A stretch of 20,000 nt of DNA from an uncultured virus (IMG/VR IMGVR_UViG_3300030333_007861) (lineage: Duplodnaviria > Heunggongvirae > Uroviricota > Caudoviricetes), in the IMG/VR virus record IMGVR_UViG_3300030333_007861, one strand, 5' to 3'. The first letter of the stretch is position 1; every line of letters starts with the position of its first letter. Shown piece after piece: positions 16,961 to 20,000 of this stretch. A program made the translations under genes and the position numbers. The notes under the pieces were generated by a model. It worked only from the letters and a program-made list of their open reading frames with translations, was not told the DNA's origin and made no database searches.

Positions 16961-18287
16961 GGTCTCTCTCCAGAATATCTGAATATTGCATAGCATCACT
17001 GAACCCAAGTGATGTGTCGATACGTACAAGGTAAGCACCTTTCAGCGTACCCTCTTCGATATTAAGGGCGTGAAACTGACCTATGATGGGTGGGTCCACA
17101 TCTACCCATGAATGTGCCAGATGATGGAATGCCTCCACAACAGGCAGTCTACTACGCTGAACATTAGCAATACCTACTTTCACAGGGTCGAAACCATCTA
17201 AGGCTTCTATCCTCAAATCAACCCAGTCTTCTTCTCGGTTCTTCTGTAACCTTGTTGCTGTTATCAGAAGAGGCATTTCGAATACTCTCCTCGGCATGAT
17301 GAAACCTCCAACATGTTGACTATGAAAGTATGCTCTGTCCCCATCGATGAGACGCATCTGTTCTCCTTCTTGTAAAGATTGAGCAAGGGCTCTAAGATGG
17401 TCCCCATCTTTGATGGTTGTAGGATTGACTGCTCTCTCCTCTCTCTCCCTCATCCACATATCTGGGTCGTCAGCGGTATGTAACCATTCAATCACTTCAC
17501 CTGAATGGTCTATCTCGACAACACAGTCAGCAGATGTATCGAATGATGAAGTCACTCCCTTCACAGGTTCCCCTGCCCTATCAAATACTAACACTCTACC
17601 TTGAACAGAGTGAGCGAAATGACGAGGGCCTGACACAATATCATAATGTGTGTTCTCAAAAGGGACGGACCAGTATCTCCATTGTTTGTATGATGGGCCT
17701 TTGAAAGCATACCCCGGCTCTATGTGAAACTTATGAGGTAGAATACCGTGATACGCGCGCCGGAGAACCGTCCCCATGTCTTCCACTGCGCATGCCAAAC
17801 GAAGTCTCTGTGGTGTATAGTCCTCAAGATGATGGGCAAACGCTCTGGTCATACGATACTTAGGGATGAGGGGCTTCTCACCCAAAGCACGGTTCCATAA
17901 CACGAGCGCGTCTGGCCTCCCCATCTTCTTGAACACGGCACGAATATCTGGTGGGCTCTGCATATCTTTCAGTGCAGCAACTAAATCCAACGCCTCTGGT
18001 ATAGACATCGACCCCTCCACTTCCGGTGGAGATTCTGATGCGAGGGAAGGAACTAATGGCTCACCATCTACCAACTCGAACTCTTCGGGGAACATACCTA
18101 TGCTGCGATGTAACGCAGACATGATGTGCTCAGGTCTCAAAATATACTTACCATAAAGAAGCGATACGAATTCACTTACTTCGTCGATGTTCTCAGAAAG
18201 AAAATCAAAAAGAATCTTTTCTGTTTCTCGTGCAGAGTCAGCAGTGATAGCGGCAAGTATTGTACTCGCTGCCTCATCCAACCTCAC
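16947..18287 (-). CDS. ATP-dependent DNA ligase-like protein, apparently inactivated
   Basis: Ligase-like layout: helical N-domain, YDIVSGPRHFAH..VLVFDRAG (motif I region without Lys), OB-like C-domain; start uncertain (18287 or 18329). Confidence 0.65.
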   Translation of the reverse strand: MRLDEAASTILAAITADSARETEKILFDFLSENIDEVSEFVSLLYGKYILRPEHIMSALHRSIGMFPEEFELVDGEPLVPSLASESPPEVEGSMSIPEALDLVAALKDMQSPPDIRAVFKKMGRPDALVLWNRALGEKPLIPKYRMTRAFAHHLEDYTPQRLRLACAVEDMGTVLRRAYHGILPHKFHIEPGYAFKGPSYKQWRYWSVPFENTHYDIVSGPRHFAHSVQGRVLVFDRAGEPVKGVTSSFDTSADCVVEIDHSGEVIEWLHTADDPDMWMREREERAVNPTTIKDGDHLRALAQSLQEGEQMRLIDGDRAYFHSQHVGGFIMPRRVFEMPLLITATRLQKNREEDWVDLRIEALDGFDPVKVGIANVQRSRLPVVEAFHHLAHSWVDVDPPIIGQFHALNIEEGTLKGAYLVRIDTSLGFSDAMQYSDILERDHGPE

Positions 18288-18301
18288 AGATTGACCAGAA
18301 A

Positions 18302-18583
18302 CTATCCTCCCTTGAGGCTTTCCTTCCACTTCTTTCTATCTTCCCAGTCCCCATTTTTTGATAATCTTGGACCTACTGGGCGACTGTGAGTTCCACATAG
18401 ACCGTTGTTGGTGGCTCTATTCTTACATCGCTTCTTTGTCATTTTATTAGTAGCAGTACATCTCTTCTCTAAAGGGGGGTTGTTCCAACAAACATAACAG
18501 ATGCTATGATTCTGCCTACCTTTCATTGAAAGTGTCGCATCACATTCTCGACAAGTAGGGGCTGGCGCTGATGCCACTCTCAC
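18302..18583 (-). CDS. Basic double zinc-finger protein (93 aa)
   Basis: CREC..CYVC and CTAT..RC..LCGTH patterns. Confidence 0.75.
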   Translation of the reverse strand: MRVASAPAPTCRECDATLSMKGRQNHSICYVCWNNPPLEKRCTATNKMTKKRCKNRATNNGLCGTHSRPVGPRLSKNGDWEDRKKWKESLKGG

Positions 18584-19254
18584 TCCTCTTCAGAAGAGCG
18601 TGTGACTGAGCAATAAGTTCCCTGCATGTGAGGGGGTACATGATGACCCTCCCATACTGTACCGACAATGCTGGTTTCACTATAATCACCTAAGTCTGCC
18701 ATTTCAATCAACGTCTGCCTATCTAAAGCGTGGAGCGTATCACCTAATGGTGTAACCCATGTATAGAAAATATCCTCCCCTGCAAGAAGACTGTAGTCCA
18801 TAGGGGACATGTTCAACTCTTCACCACATCCAATGCACGAAACACGGACAACCCAGCGAGGGAATTCTTGTAGTCCCTCTTCAGTGAACGCAGTATGATT
18901 TCCGTCATTTACCCATTGGGCTTTATCTAAATCACAATCAGTGAGAGAAACTCCCTCACAGGCATAACACGTCCAAGCCTGTGCTACCTCTTGCATTGTA
19001 CGCATTGCTTCTAACGGGTCATCTGGTATGATACTGGTTTGGGTATCATCATAGTTCCAGCCAAGATGTTGGAGGACAATACCTACGCGCTGCGCAGGTT
19101 CTTCGGACCTTTCTGTTCTTGAAACAAGAGAGAGTTCCTTTTCCCCTGTGCAGAGAAAGGTCATCTCTCCCTCTACCCATGACTTCCCCGGCTCTAATGT
19201 ATCCAGCACTGCCTCAGTCCACTCAATATCTACATCGCTTGGTTCCCAACTCAT
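18580..19254 (-). CDS. Acidic hypothetical protein with CxxC pairs (224 aa)
   Basis: ATGA coupling at 19254, GGAGGTG RBS; CYAC and CIGC. Confidence 0.8.
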   Translation of the reverse strand: MSWEPSDVDIEWTEAVLDTLEPGKSWVEGEMTFLCTGEKELSLVSRTERSEEPAQRVGIVLQHLGWNYDDTQTSIIPDDPLEAMRTMQEVAQAWTCYACEGVSLTDCDLDKAQWVNDGNHTAFTEEGLQEFPRWVVRVSCIGCGEELNMSPMDYSLLAGEDIFYTWVTPLGDTLHALDRQTLIEMADLGDYSETSIVGTVWEGHHVPPHMQGTYCSVTRSSEEE

Positions 19255-19562
19255 TCGAGAGACACCTCCTCTTTGTACCACACGAAATAATCACAACTCC
19301 TGTGAGGCACTACCCACCATCCAGATTCTGTTTTCAATATGATTTGACTGTCGTCGACTTCAAAATCGCACATCTTACAGACCAGAGGGCTGAAATCAGT
19401 CTGTCCTAAATAATCATAATGAACAACTTTGTGTTGTTCGCCTTTCATATCAGTCAATGTACCTATCTCCAATATCCCATCAGGGCTATCCCAATAGCCA
19501 TCTTTCAAGTCTTTCACGTGGCAAGTTACCGTTTCTTCTTCCTCTCCCATAGTATCATCCAC
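19251..19562 (-). CDS. Acidic hypothetical protein (103 aa)
   Basis: GGAGGAG RBS; CKMC...HRSC. Confidence 0.75.
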   Translation of the reverse strand: MDDTMGEEEETVTCHVKDLKDGYWDSPDGILEIGTLTDMKGEQHKVVHYDYLGQTDFSPLVCKMCDFEVDDSQIILKTESGWWVVPHRSCDYFVWYKEEVSLE

Positions 19563-19592
19563 TCCTCCAACGGCTCATGTATATTATCACTG

Positions 19593-19811
19593 TCATATCA
19601 ACGGACACTCCTGATTCCCTAACATGTAATGACATGTCTTTACAACCCCACGCAAAGCGTTGTAGTTTCTCACGGCTTCCATGAAATCTTTACGATTCCT
19701 CGCTCTATCTAATCCATGCGTAGCAGTAATCATTCGTAGTTCCTTTTCCCAATGTGTCATGACCTTCTCAGCCTCAAACATCTTGTTGATGATTTCTTCT
19801 TCTGTCCTCAT
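19593..19811 (-). CDS. Helical hypothetical protein (72 aa)
   Basis: GGTGA RBS before ATG at 19811 (MRTEEEII). Confidence 0.75.
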   Translation of the reverse strand: MRTEEEIINKMFEAEKVMTHWEKELRMITATHGLDRARNRKDFMEAVRNYNALRGVVKTCHYMLGNQECPLI

Positions 19812-19816
19812 TTCAA

Positions 19817-19993
19817 TCACCAAAATGCATCCCTGACTTTACGCACGATTTTCTTCACCTTCTTATCGTGCCACGGCAGTCCGTTGTTAGGACAACTGAA
19901 AGTATCCATTTTCGATTTAGGATGATAAGGGCCAGTTCTTGTCATGACTCCACGACTTACATCCATAACTGCCTTACATGCTCTACACTTCAT
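19817..19993 (-). CDS. Small CxxC protein, 58 aa (MKCRACKAVMD...VRDAFW), not in ORF track
   Basis: Manual translation; its stop forms the RBS of the next gene; may extend past the window edge. Confidence 0.65.
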   Translation of the reverse strand: MKCRACKAVMDVSRGVMTRTGPYHPKSKMDTFSCPNNGLPWHDKKVKKIVRKVRDAFW

Positions 19994-20000
19994 TTCTTTC

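Larger units (their letters stand above)
1..20000. mobile_element. Segment of an archaeal tailed virus genome (magrovirus-like, probable host Marine Group II Poseidoniales)
   Basis: Dense, translationally coupled block of divergent archaeal-type replication genes (PolB, RFC, clamp-like, AEP primase, MCM-like, XPF, ligase-like) plus a thermosome and many small ORFans; GGTGA/GGAGG RBSs; no cellular housekeeping context. Matches gene content reported for MGII viruses (established knowledge; no search run). Confidence 0.88.

Noticed and set aside
3023..19622. Numerous plus-strand ORFs of 60-200 aa opposite the replication genes
   Set aside because: Antisense shadows of well-supported minus-strand genes, with no recognisable motifs.

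Overview
Fragment of a tailed dsDNA virus of archaea, most consistent with a Marine Group II (Poseidoniales) 'magrovirus'. This assignment rests on gene content and archaeal-type signals, not on a database search. About 18 kb of the minus strand is a tightly coupled replication/recombination block. In transcription order it holds small Zn-binding ORFs, a degenerate ATP-dependent ligase-like protein, a degenerate LAGLIDADG protein, RFC clamp loader, putative RPA/SSB, a RecA/Sak4-like ATPase, putative PCNA, an HNH nuclease, PolB (interrupted by a 10-N assembly gap), a Cas4-like nuclease, a PriS-PriL fusion primase, XPF, an MCM-like helicase, a DEDD exonuclease and a group II chaperonin (thermosome). 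The first ~2 kb is a convergent plus-strand cluster of small basic proteins. Three observations stand out. (1) A 10-aa tag, PM[DN]L[AS]WRLLK, is shared by unrelated plus-strand proteins and encoded by a 30-bp repeat; it is a candidate capsid-targeting/protease-cleavage cassette. (2) Two small proteins each carry tandem PCNA-interacting (PIP)-like boxes, including an unannotated 30-aa ORF right after a PolB that has no canonical PIP box. (3) The ligase homolog lacks its catalytic lysine.
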